Shown one piece after another: positions 21,977 through 33,962 of a stretch of DNA of 37,116 nt (position 1 is the first letter of the stretch; the number at the start of each line of letters is the position of its first letter). This DNA is from Chiloscyllium plagiosum. Taxonomy: Eukaryota. Location: the NCBI RefSeq assembly GCF_004010195.1, contig NC_057718.1, positions 14,099,170 through 14,136,285 of the forward strand, in the 5' to 3' direction. A program made the translations under genes and the position numbers. The notes below the pieces were generated by a model. That model was not told the DNA's origin. It did no database searches and saw only the letters and a list, made by a program, of their open reading frames with translations.

Positions 21977-22438
21977 GAGTTGAGAGTGTGTTGCTGGGAA
22001 AGCACAGCAGGTCAGGCAGCATCTGAGGAACAGGAGAATCGACATTTCGGGCAGAAGCTCTTCATCAGGAATGAGGCTTGTGGGCCGGGTTCTGAGAGAT
22101 AAATGGGAGAGGGGTGGGGTTGGAGGGGAAGGTAGCTGAGAATGCGACAGGTAGATGAAGGTGGGGGAGGTGATAGATCAGAGGGGGTAGTGATAGATAG
22201 GGCCGGAGGGCGGTGCTGTGTTGGAGGCTTGGGGCTGGGAATATGTGGGGGGAGGGGGAAATGAGGAAGCTGTTGAAATTCATATTTATCCCATGTGCTT
22301 GCAGGGTCCTAAGGTGCAAAATGAGGCGTTCTTCCTCCAGGTGTCATTTGGTAACGGTTTGGTGGTGGAGGAGGCCCAGGACCTGCATGTCCTTGACGGA
22401 GTGGGAGTTGGAGTTGAAGTGTTCAGCCACGGGGGCGG
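21977..22438 (-). mobile_element. Penelope-like retroelement 3' fragment: C-terminus of the GIY-YIG endonuclease region plus pLTR with hammerhead
   Basis: Minus strand translates PVAEHFNSNSHSVKDMQVLGLLHHQTVTK*HLEEERLILHLRTLQAHGINMNF, a typical PLE ORF end (V.HF...H; E..LI..L.TL.P.G.N). Followed by CCTGATGAAGAGCTTCTGCCCGAAATGTC and the family A terminus. Confidence 0.88.
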
Positions 22439-22514
22439 AACCATCCACCTGGACTCCCTGTGCCAGCCTGTTACCCGCCCTTGACCTCTTCATTTCAAAT
22501 TGCCGCTGTGACAT

Positions 22515-22810
22515 CGACCCAGGTTCAAATTCTGTCACGACAGATAGTTGAATTTGAATTTAATAAATATCTGGAATTGAGAATTTAATGATGGCCATGA
22601 ATCCATTATGGATTGTCGGGAAAAACCCATCTGGTTCGCTAATGCCATTTAGGGGAGGAAACTGCCATTCTTATCTGGTCTGGCCTACATATGATTCCAG
22701 ACCCACAGCAATGTGGCTGACTCTGAACTGCCTTCTGGGCAATTAGGCATGGGCAATAAATGCTGTCCTAGCTAGTGATGCGCTCATCCAATGAATTAAA
22801 TTTAAAAAAT
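22515..22810 (+). mobile_element. tRNA-headed SINE family 3 (5'-truncated)
   Basis: B-box GGTTCAAATTC, core TGGTTCGCTAATGCC...CCAGACCCACAGCAATGTGGCTGACTCT, tail GGGCAATAAATGCTG. Homologous to 32143-32476. Confidence 0.8.
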
Positions 22811-23149
22811 CTCTTTGACCTTTCTTCACAACTAGGTGACTGTTTACAGTAGATAGCCTCTCACCCAATGCCTGCATGAGAAAAGGACACATGCATGAGA
22901 GGTGGCTACAGAATGAACACATCACAAGGATATCAGGCACACATATCTAAAAAGCTTCATTGATCTTCATCTACCCCAGCTCTCCTTTCGCTTAGAGTCC
23001 GGTAACTTGTGATTTCATTCAAATCCCGTTCTTCTTACAAGTCTCGGATATGGACAGTCACACCTCTGGGATTCACATCTCCATCTGTATCTTTCAATGG
23101 GCATTGTGCTCGGGTACCCATCCTAATATCTCCTTAATGCTTCTTTTCT

Positions 23150-24400
23150 TCTGCAGCAGAAACGTGCACAAACCAACGTAACTGTGTACAGACTTTGTTG
23201 GGGAGGAGGGAGGTGGCAACTCCTGACAAAAAGCTGTGCTTGCAGGCCATCAAGGGGAGCTAATCTGTGCTGGATAGAAGATGGATATGTGCAGCCAACT
23301 AGAAAGGGATCCTCCAAGCAGTTAATACCAGTTGGCCATCAAGCAGCAACATCTTAATAATAACTTTGAAAAGGATACTAACTTGTGGCACAAACAAATC
23401 ATTATCTTTTATTATTTAGCCTCAGGATCACAGACCTAAGCAAAGACTAGTTGAAAAAGAGCACCAGCCAACAGGCCCATCTCTCCTAGTTCTCCAGGCT
23501 AACTCACCCCCAGCACCTCGCAGCACAACTCTGAGGGGGAGTAGTCAGAATCCTCAGAAAAAGCTCCATTAAATCCTTTCTCTGCACCCTCTACCCCATG
23601 CTGTAACCTTTGCCCTGGTGGGTGAGGCAAGCAGAGTTGGCTCAGGGTCACATTCTAATGTGCACAGCACTGGCACATGCCCACGGCTAGAGGAGGAAGA
23701 AACAGCCCTGGGCTCTGACACTCAGGAGGGACTGGTGGAAGCCAGGCCCCTGCCCAGCCCAGAACAGATGCCAGCCTCTGGACTAGGCCATTCATGAGCT
23801 GACGAGGATGCACAGACACACAAGAGAATGACTGGTAGAGGTACCAGACTGGACCAAAGGGCAGAGGAGTCTGTCTGATGTTGTGGATCCAGTCTGTGAG
23901 CACATGGTGGTCTGCATGAACTGCATAATGCCCAGCCAGGCCCAGCAGATCAGTCAACATCTCCTGGATATGCAAAGAAAGTTCATTACACGAGCCATGC
24001 ATTTACTTACTCACTGGCTAGTTGAGAGGATTCTCTGTGACCTTAACCCCTTCCCTCGATTTACCCCAACTCCTTAAGGGGTGAGGGAGGTGTTGTTGCA
24101 CACCAACACACAGCAGACACGATGGACAAGCCCTCTAGGATTTGTCTTGCATGACACTAGTGTGTCTCCTTGCCATAACACTTTCCCTTCATTAGGTCAG
24201 ACTGAAGAGGTTGCTCTTGCACCTACACAGAACCCTCTAGTCCCAGACCCAACAGTCGATAAAGTTATTGGAGGCAAGATGACAAAACAGCCAGTAGCTT
24301 CCTCAGCTATAATTTCTGAAGTGGCACCAAGATTTAACAAGAGGAAGAGAAAGAATAAGTAATGTTGCGGTCACTTGGATACATAGCTGTTTGACTTCTG
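23150..24400 (+). mobile_element. Possible decayed PIF/Harbinger-type DNA transposon (Myb/SANT accessory gene region)
   Basis: After a polypyrimidine-CAG acceptor, CAGAAACGTGCACA...GGAGGAGGG resembles the K.AHN...TGGG motif of such proteins, followed by GC-richer Pro/Ser/Glu-biased sequence. No intact ORF or TIRs found. Confidence 0.3.
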
Positions 24401-24404
24401 TAAA

Positions 24405-24760
24405 CTCAATTGTTAATAAAAATCTGGAATATAATCTCATTAATGAACATGAAGCTACGAGAGACCCATCTGCCTCACTCGCCAATGCCATTTTGGGAAA
24501 TAAATTTGCCATCTTTACCTGATTTGGCTTGTATGACTTATGAAAGCAATATGGTTGACTCTTAACTGCCCTTTTGAAATGGCCCAGCCAGATATTCATT
24601 TGTATCAAAATCATTACAGGGAAATAAAATGTAGTGTGTGTGTGTACTTGCAGCACTAATTGCAGCGGTTCAAGAAGGCAGCTCATCACTAACTTCTCAA
24701 GGGCAATTAGGGATGGATAATGAATGCTGGCTTTATTAGTTGCACCCATATCCCATGTAC
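24405..24760 (+). mobile_element. SINE family 3 copy with a longer LINE-derived tail
   Basis: TGGTTGACTCTTAACTGCCCTTTTGAAATGGCCCAGC...TGCAGCGGTTCAAGAAGGCAGCTCATCACTAACTTCTCAAGGGCAATTAGGGATGG. Confidence 0.75.
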
Positions 24761-25754
24761 ATTTTTTTTTTAAATGACCCTTGTCCCATTGGAAACAATC
24801 TCTTTTAGCTCTATCCAAACCCCTCAACATTTTGAACACTTTTACTTGATCTCCCCATTACTTTGCTCTGAGGAGACCAATCCAGCCACTCTAAGTTTCT
24901 CTGAGGAGCTGAAATCCTACATCTCAATGGCAGCCTTCTTATTATCACCACCACAGAGATAGTTTTGGCTAAGGGAAGAATGTAGGCTGAAACACTAGGA
25001 GAAAAATCCCTTTCCCCTGGTCAAATAAATGTCCCGGCATCTTTAATGAAGTGAGATCAGAATATTAAAGTCTGTGAAACACATTGATTGAGGCTCTCAC
25101 AAAATATCTAAACACTCATTTTCTTTGTGTTCTTAATTCTTGAGCATTAGTTAATGCATTTGTGTTAAATTAACACAATAATTTTCTCATTTATTTTGTA
25201 CAAGGTGAGAGGTAAATTACAATTATGCAGTCAAGGATTGAACACAAATGTTTTATTCAATGTGTAAAAAGTAGCCACAGAGAAAATTAAATCCCCTTGT
25301 GTTTGGATTAAATTAAACTTACCATCTTCTGTGTAATTTTAATATTTTATGGTCTGAATATTCTTTGTACTGAAATTTTCCCTTAAGGTGGTAATTTCAA
25401 ACCAGTGGAAATAATAGTCTGCCTCACATGATGCATTAGCCACCAGTGTGAAGGTTTATTTTTATAATGTCATAGACCAACTAGAAAAGACTATGTTGAG
25501 TCATTTCACAAGTTCTTTCTGTAGCCCCTAACAGAGAAGCGAAAAGATGGGCACAGAGCGTCGGCAGACATAAAATTAAGTTGGAGTGAGGTTCGAAATA
25601 TTGTTAGTTATTATACACGCCACACAGTTTTAGCTGTGTAGTATTTAATACTTTTATTTTTACAACAGTCATTTATATGATTTTTTTGAACATATTGTCT
25701 CAAAATGATGTACAGCAACTAAATTAGTTAAGATTTTATGCAGAATGCTCTCTG

Positions 25755-26747
25755 AGTCATGGTCATGGAATCATAGAGTCATGCAGCACAGAAACAGACT
25801 CTTCAGCTCAACTTGTCCACTACAACCACGTTTCCCAAACTAAACTAGTCTCCCTTGCCTGTGTTTGGCCCACATTCCTCTAAACCTTTCCTACTCATGT
25901 ACTTGTCCAAATATCTTTCAATGTTGGAACTGTACCTGCATCTACCACTTCCTCTGGCAGTTCATTCCACATATGAATCAATCTCTGTGTTGAGGTTGCC
26001 TTTCAGGTCTCTTTTAAATCTTTCTCCTCTCACTTTAAAAATATGCTCCCTAGTTTTGAACTCCCAGGGAAAAGACCTTTTCTATTTACCTTATCTATTC
26101 TCCTCATGATTTCATAAACCTCAATAATGTCACCTTTCAACCTCGTACGTTCAAGTGAAAAAACATCCAGCCTAACCAGCCTCTCCTTATAACTCAAAAC
26201 CTACAGTCCCGGTAATATCCTGGTAAACCTTTTCTGAACCCTCTCCAATTTAATAATAACCGTCCTACAGCGGGGCAACCGGAACTGTAAACAGTACTAC
26301 AAAATTGGCCTCACCAACATCCTGTACAACCTCAACATGATGTCCCAACTCTTAGACTGGTCTGAGCAATGAAGCTAAACATGCTAAATGCCTTCTTAAT
26401 TACACTGTCCATCTGTGACACAACTTTCATAGAACTAAGGACCTGAACCCTAGGTTTCACTGTTCAACAACACTGTCCAGGGCCCTACCGTTAACTGTAG
26501 TCCTGCCTTTGTTCATTTTATCAAAATGCAATACCTCGCATTTATCCAAATTAATCTCAATCTGCCACTCCTCAGCCCCATTGGCTCAATTGATCAACAT
26601 CCCTTTGTACTCTTAGATAACCTTCTTCACTGTCCACTCCAGTATCAATTTTGGTGTCATCTGCAAAGTTACTAACCATGCCTCCTATATTTTCATCCAA
26701 ATTGTTTCTACAAATGACAAACAAAAAGGAACCTAGCACCAATCCCC
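25755..26747 (-). mobile_element. 5'-truncated, decayed CR1 LINE (RT C-terminal half and tail)
   Basis: GTGTCATCTGCAAAGTTACTAACC is the reverse complement of VSNFADDT. The tail at 25755-25970 matches the other CR1 ends. Confidence 0.92.
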
Positions 26748-26749
26748 TG

Positions 26750-26829
26750 TCTCTGAGGAAACTGGATCAGTGTCAAAGATTCTCTGTGTGTAAATAAAGG
26801 GTAACTTGGTGATGGGATATCAGCCTCCA
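26750..26829 (+). mobile_element. Fragment of the same LTR family as 21374-21590
   Basis: GTGTAAATAAAGGGTAACTTGGTGATGGGATATCAGCCTC is close to the reverse complement of 21389-21428. Confidence 0.75.
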
Positions 26830-28219
26830 TTTCTTTCTCCACAGTAAAACCTCTGCATTGGCCAAGCAACATCAACTAGGGTTGGACGATAAATGTTGAC
26901 CTTGCCAGTGACACCGATACTGCTTCAAAGAATAAAACAAATCCTCTGCATCTTCTCAATGACCTTCAAATCCTTTCTAAAATGTGGTGCTCAGAACAGG
27001 ACACAATGTAATACTCCAGTTGTGGCTCAACCAGTTCATGGCTCTAAGGATATTGCCTATCCAACACTGGCAGCCCTACGCTCAGTTCCTGCCTAATGTC
27101 AGTTTCTCATTCCACTGTATTCCTGGCTTGCTTTGCCAGTTTTCTGTGCATAAGCCTTAAGTCTGCATAAGTGGTCAAATGAGTGAAACTGGTGAATTTT
27201 TAATACTTGCTTGTTCCGCTTTTCAAATTGGTTTGGATTTAAAGGGGGATATTTAATGCAGTCTCAAAAAAAGGATTTTGTTTGCGTAACTCACAAACCA
27301 AGGACATTTGGAAAGGGAACAAGAACTTTGAGATCATCTCTGACTGGGGAGGTGGACATATCTGAATACCCACTGCTGACAATATAATCGCTGATACCAT
27401 TGGCATTGTTCATTATTAAATCCTTAATTTGCTGTGACAACATTTCACAGTACCAGAGATTTCAGCAGCAGCTGAATCAGCTGCATTTGAACTGTAATAG
27501 ACACATTAAATTAGAAGTAGGCAGAGCGGAGAGGACTTAAATAAACAGTTACCAGAGCAAAGATAACAAGCTACATGCAGCAGCTGAGGACAAAAGAAAT
27601 TCAGAAATGAACCGTGCTGTTTCAGAGACATTAATTGTAGTCAAAGAATCCAAGAAATCAAACACACAGCCTTACTGTAACTATGACATTCCACACTATT
27701 CAGCCCTGGATATACAGAGTGTTGAGGTTAGGATCCTAGTTCCAATTTAAGAAGAGTTTGCATCTCAATGATCCCAAATTGGTTGAAAGTGATGCTAATA
27801 AATGCTCACAGCTGAATTAATTGTGGGCAATGAAGTAGGGTTATAGAGTCCTACCTCCAGCTCACGCTAACGTCTTATGATAACATGCACTGCTGAAGGT
27901 TCACACATTTGTCCTTGAATTCAACCCATGTTGGGGTGGAGGGGCAGGAATTACGGGGGCTTTGATATTTACAATCTCTTTAGATTCTTCAAATAACAAT
28001 AGGGCACTGCAGGGCAGCCCTTAACTTTGAGCAGCACCACAATATTAAATTAGGATACTTTTAGCTGTAAGATAATTCTTAGATTCCATCATTCAAGATG
28101 AATTCGCACATTTGAAGAGACATTGCATAATATATAAAAGCCAGTATGAATTAATTGAAGTTATGCTTGAGAATAATAGACAATGGATGTAATATGTATT
28201 TATAAATGCTCATGAAACT

Positions 28220-28340
28220 GTGGTTCATTGGCAGCACTATCACCCCTCAAGGGACATTTCCTTAATAGCCAAACTTCAGGCGGCTGACATTTCAGTGCAG
28301 CACTGAGATGGCCTTGTACTATCATAGGTGTGGTCTTTCT
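28220..28340 (+). mobile_element. Deu-SINE 5' fragment
   Basis: TGTGGTTCATTGGCAGCACTATCACC...GGCTGACATTTCAGTGCAGCACTGAG...AGGTGTGGTCTTTC. Confidence 0.5.
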
Positions 28341-28359
28341 CTTTCACATCATTTATGAC

Positions 28360-29030
28360 AATTGTTACAGTACAGAAGGAGGTCATTTAGCCCATTGAGA
28401 CAGTGCCACCTCTATGCAAGAACAATTTGGATTGCCCTAATAATGTGATCTTTTCCCATAACCCTATAATATTTTTCCCTTCAGCTGCTCGTCCACACTC
28501 CTATTGGAAACCATGGTTGAGTCTATCTCCACCATCCTTTCAGACAGACCATTTGAAATCCTGCATTAAAGCATTTTTTCCTCACCTTGCCTTTGGTTCT
28601 TTTGCGAATTCATTTTAAATCTTTGCCCTTTGGTTCCTAGCCCTTCTGTCAATGGAGATGAGGTCTCATATTTATACTTTGGCAAGACCTCTAATAATCT
28701 GAACGCTTCCATCAAATCTCTTCTCAACATTCTCTAAGGAAAACAGTCCCAGTTTCTCCTATCTACTGATGTAACTCAATTCGCTCATTCCTGGAACTGT
28801 TTTCGTAAATCTTATTGTGCTATCTCTAAAATTTTCACATTCTTCCTTAGGTGATGGTGTCCAGAATTGGACACAATACTCCAAGTGAGGTAAACCTAGG
28901 GTTCCATAAAGGCTTGTAATAATGTCTTTGCTCTGTCCTTCTATTTATAAAGCCAAACTTGCTGGGAGCTTTCAAAGTACTTTCTCACCTGTCATGCCAC
29001 CATCAATGAAATGTGCACATAAATTCCGAG
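28360..29030 (-). mobile_element. Old CR1 3' fragment
   Basis: ACAGTACAGAAGGAGGTCATTTAGCCC tail; CCAGAATTGGACACAATACTCCAAG is the reverse complement of LEYCVQFW. Confidence 0.8.
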
Positions 29031-29828
29031 ATCCCTCTTCTCCTGTTTTCATTTCAGATGTGACCCTGTTGAGCCAGTGTCTTTGGGAATGGGGATGCAA
29101 GAAAGTATAACATCAAAAATTAATTTCTTAAAAATAACAAGAGCATCAAATTTGAATTGTAACTGACCAGTGAAGGACAAAGGTTGTTACTATCTCAGTT
29201 GAGACAGCCAAATCTACGTTATGACCTGGTTAGGGACCAGTAATTTCTCTGTTTAATGTGACAAAGTTTGAAATCCCAGGGATTGTAATAAGAGAATAGA
29301 GCCACAAGACTCCATGGTTTAGAACAAACACCAATAAGTTAGAAAAGTAAATCAATCTAAAACATATATGCAACTTATATTCTAAGATTCACAATTTATA
29401 TGAGGTAAATACAGGTTAACCAAGTATGGTTGCACACGACATGAAAACATAAATACAGTCAAGACAGATCTCACAGATTTCTCATCAATTTCAATTTATT
29501 GCATTGAAATATCGATTGGCATGTGTGTGGTGTGCTCAGAACCTCCATATGGCTGCACAGCTACACAGCAGCATGGTTTCAAGGGATAGCCGGTAAGAAG
29601 ATAGTTACACCCAGATTAGAAATAAGGGCTTAGCCCAAAATGATAAATGTCTTTTTAAAAAAGGAATATCTGGATCAGTCTGTGCATTGTTTGTGAAGAG
29701 CAGATAATTAAACATTGCCTCCATCACAATGGAGGTCACTGTTAGCATTGGTATTGCTGTTGAACAGTCAATTCTGAGGTTCTTGGCTTTGCAAGTTGAT
29801 CAAATCTCATTTTATTTGTTTTTTTTAA

Positions 29829-30129
29829 ATTAGATTCCCTACAGTGTGGAAACAGGCCCTTCAGCCCAACCAGTCCACACCAACCCTCCGAAGAGTAACC
29901 CATCCAGACCCATCTCACTCTAACCAATATACCTAACACTATGGGCAATTTAGCAATTCACCTGACCTGCACATCTTTGGAGTGTGGGAGGAAACCAGAG
30001 CACCTGGAGGAAACCCACACAGACACGGGGAGAATGTGCAAACTCCACACAGACACCAGAGGCCAGAATCGAACCTGACACCCTGGTGCTGTGAGGCAGC
30101 AGTGCTAACCACTGAGCCACCATGCCGCC
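29829..30129 (-). mobile_element. Full-length HE1-type V-SINE
   Basis: Reverse complement starts GGCGGCATGGTGGCTCAGTGGTTAGCACTGCTGCCTCACAGC, with B box GGTTCGATTC and V-domain. Confidence 0.93.
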
Positions 30130-32142
30130 GTGTCATTTGACTTAATTCCTTTGACAGTGACTGACTAGCACCACTCGGAGTGTTGGAACATCATTTCTTA
30201 CTCTTTATCAGCAGCTCAAGGTTGTTTAAATGACAGTTCTCAGAGCTGCGAGCCTCACAACACAGAAGCCCACACAGTACATCTCAGTCTACTATCTGAT
30301 ATAGAGAATGTTAAAGCTCACTTTTTACCCCATCCCTGTGTATTCATGAAAGGGGAAATTTCAAGTATGTCTCTTGCCTCTCTGCTTTTTTTTTTAACTA
30401 TCATGTTCATAGTTTGAGATAGGGGATTACAAATTTGGTTTATGGTGCATTTTCTCCCTTTGAAGCTTATTTGACCTTGTCAGATGTAACATTCCAGAAC
30501 CCCTCTCTCTCCAAGAAGTCACTGAATCTACATCTGCGATCAACCTTTGACTGCATGTCCTTTTGTGAAAAAAATTGTAATTAAAATTTTATATGTCCAT
30601 AGATGATCCAAGGTTATGATCCATGTTCATGACACCTAGTAGTTCAATCTCTTCTCTGAAGACTGCATTTCACAGGAGACAACTAGCAAGCTCTGAGTTG
30701 CTATCATAACTGCAACTTTTTGTCAAATAGCTCAGCTGCTGAATTTCACTCAACACTAATCTATTTCAGTTACACCAAGAAAATAATGCTTATCAGCCCC
30801 TTTTTAACCATTTTTGGTTGCACTAAACTATCCTTGGTTCCTAGAGCTTCTGTTAGTTCTAATTTCAGAAAGCTAACAACAGCATTTTAGCAACTTCATA
30901 TCCAGCCCAAATTTCCGTGTATATAGCTCTGATATAGTATTGGAGTTGACTGTGGTTGTAAGGGCAAATTCTTTATAGGCTGCGGTCTAAAAGAAATGGG
31001 ATAAGATACTATTTTAAGCCAAGGAAACTGTGAAAGAAGAGGTTTCAGTTTTTAAATGCATTATTCGAATAATGTAGTATATACAATGTTGCTTTATTCA
31101 GAGGATTTTAGATGTATCTGCTCTGGGGGTGTGTGCGTGCGAGTGCACACATGCATTCAGGTTAGTTTTGCCCAGAGATAGTCATTTGAATTTTTTTCAA
31201 TTGACTTCAAGATAGCTCAGCAGAGCAACATGATTTGGTTGGCTCCAGTCTAATATGTGGACAGTAGATCATAAACATCCAGCCCGCAAAAAGTAAGCTT
31301 CCTCACTATCTCTCTCTCTCTCCCACTCCTGTGTGAAAAGAAGTGACAGAAAATCTCCTGGTAGCTGTTCTCATTCATCGTTTCCATGTAAATTGCTCTC
31401 CTGTAAATGTCCATGTTGAATGGAAAAGGTAAACAAAACTTCAGAGACACCAGAAGGATGGTTCCTTATCGAGTGAATGAAAGACTAAGAATCAGTTACC
31501 CACATTATTAGCAAAACCAAAAGGAATGAGAAGGAATTGAAAGGAAATTACTCATCAAAGTGTGTGATCCAAACTGGTATGAGAACTGTAATTCACTTTC
31601 CCACCCATAATATTTGTGCATTGTTTTGTCTCTTGTGTGTTGGTTTTTTGTATATAGGAATTTTAAAAAGAAGTTGAAGTTATAGAGTTATGTTAGCAAT
31701 TTTAGTTTCTTTCTGCCATTCATTAAAAACAGTTTGATTACATTAAATAGTGATTATCTTGTTAATGGAAAGAAAACCCGGCCTCCATATTCTTTTAACC
31801 TGAATCAGACAGTTAGGTAAAATGATTGAACAGTTTGATTGTTTAATCAAATGTTCACATTTTCACACAAGAATAGTTGGGCTTGATTTCCAGTGCACTA
31901 TTCCAGTGACAGTGTTATCAGTAAACAAACACTGCACAGACAGGTGGGTAACAGCGTAAAGCTGGCAATATTGGATCAGTTGTCTATAGCACAATTGCCT
32001 TACTTGTCAGTCTCACACAAGATGTTGGAATTAAAGTTGGATTGAGTCACAAAAACCAGCACTGGACGGTATGCCACAAGGTAGAGTGTGTTCCAGGGTG
32101 TTCTCACTGTATGTCCCTCTGCCTCCCATGTCACCTCATTAA

Positions 32143-32476
32143 GGAGGCAATGGCTTAGTAGCATTATCGCTAGACAGTTAACCCAGAGATCCAGATCATG
32201 TTCTGGGGACCCAGGTTTGAATGCCATCACGGATTTGAATTCAACAAAAACCTGGAATTAAGGGACTAACGATAACCATGAATCCATTGTCAATTGTTGG
32301 AAAAACCCTTGGTTCACTAATGTCCTTCAGGGAAGGAAACTGCCATCCTTACCTGGTCTGGCTGACATGTGACTCCGGACCCACAGCAATGTGGTTGACT
32401 CTTAACTGCCCTCTGGGCAATAAATGCTGGACGTGGCAGCAATGCCCTCATCCTGTGAATGAATAAATAAAAAAAA
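32143..32476 (+). mobile_element. SINE family 3, full-length
   Basis: Head GGAGGCAATGGCTTAGTAG, B-box GGTTTGAATGCC, conserved core, 3' GGGCAATAAATGCTGG...TGAATGAATAAATAAAA. Confidence 0.85.
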
Positions 32477-32554
32477 CATTCTCCACACCCAGTCTCGCCA
32501 TGCAATGATTTCCTTTGATGCCAAAGAGATTCAACAGAATAAACGATCGTGAGA

Positions 32555-32868
32555 TGGTGAAAATGTAGTGATAATATCCCTGGACTAATAATGTAGTGGA
32601 CCAGACTACTGCATAGGTTTAAATCTACCTCTGCTGTTGGAATTTGCATTTAGAAATCTGCAAAGCTGGTCTCAGTAATGATGACGAAACAAAACTATCA
32701 TCAATTGTTGTAGAAGCCTATCTGGCCACACGTGTTCTTTGGGGAAGGATATCTATCATTGTTACCTGGTCTGGCCTACACTGGATAATCCTCTGAACTG
32801 GATAAGCAAGACACTCAGTTAAAGGGCAATTAAGCAAGGGCCTGTGAAAGAACAAAGGAAAAAAAAAA
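32555..32868 (+). mobile_element. Older SINE family 3 copy
   Basis: GGACTAATAAT...GGTTTAAATC...TTACCTGGTCTGGCCTACA...CACTCAGTTAAAGGGCAATTA, A-rich end. Confidence 0.7.
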
Positions 32869-33699
32869 CTTTTTGTCTGACTTATGAATTATTTTTAATA
32901 GTTAGATGATTTTTCTTCTGGGCAGGTTTGGGTGACCAACCCAGGTTCAATTCAGGAAAGAATAGATTGAGAAAACATAGAAGGAGATGAGACATCCGGC
33001 CTCAACTAATATTCACCCGCAAAATATTTTTTTTGTATTTGTCATACTTCCTTACTGGAAAAGAACTAATAAAAAAGGCCTCTTTTGTTGCATTTAAAAT
33101 TCCCCAGATGTCAATAGGGCTGATATTACAAGAATTGTTATTAGCTTAAGTGCCTTGGGCTTCTATCTCAACTCACAAAGGTTGGGGAGGGAGGGTTTCA
33201 AAAGAACTGGTAAATTGGCTGGGTTTTTTTGCCCATGCAGCCTTGTCATTGCCTTTCCTGGTTAATATCAGTGTATTTCAATTAAGAGGGAATAGTCGAG
33301 ATTATGCCCTTAGTCTGGGAGGGGAAGAAAAATCACCCATTGTAATGACTATCACATTACACCTGCTGGAACATTATGTATATGTGCTTGTGTGTGAAGG
33401 TTGGGTGAGGACTTGGGTTGGTCTTCCTGTGGTGATGTGAATCGTCACATAGTCTGGTGCCGTTTACTGAGTAGTTCAGGTTGTCACAGGACATTTCTGC
33501 AGTCCTTTTGTATCCCAGGATGTGTCAGTGACTTTAAAATCAACGTGCGAATTTGGAATGAGGAGTTTCAATGGCTTGAATGCAATGGGAGTATTCTGTT
33601 GATCTTGTTCCTGTTAATTCTGTTCTTGCTTAGCCACTTCAGCCACACTTTGAGGTCGGTTTGACTTTGTGCTTAGACTCTATATTGATGGTTACCAAG

Positions 33700-33962
33700 T
33701 CCCAGGGACCTCCAGATACTATGATATAGCCTTATAAACTCTTTTGAATATACAATGCAGGAATCTGCAGCAAATATTAGCACATTCGCAAGGCCCTCTT
33801 TACAAACTGATATGCTCCCTGGGGCGTCCTACTAATAATCAAGGATCCTCTGGAAATAATGACACACTCCTGTGACTTCCCAGGAAATATTGACACATGC
33901 CTTCTGCACCCTTCAAATATTAACATGCTCTGGGTACCTCCTACAAATATTGAGCCATCTCC
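33700..33962. repeat. Degenerate ~30-bp minisatellite
   Basis: AAATA(T/A)T motif starts at 33854, 33885, 33915 and 33945 (spacing 31, 30, 30) with similar CT-rich spacers. Weaker units upstream. Confidence 0.6.

Noticed and set aside
24303..24839. 178-aa minus-strand ORF
   Set aside because: It is a chance read-through of antisense SINE and CR1 fragments.
29214..31920. Possible old LTR remnants (~29214-29480, ~30180-30633, ~31480-31920)
   Set aside because: Only a vague resemblance. No termini, TSD or second copy could be confirmed.
33380..33665. Possible RTE-type LINE 3' remnant on the minus strand
   Set aside because: Too decayed to show diagnostic motifs.
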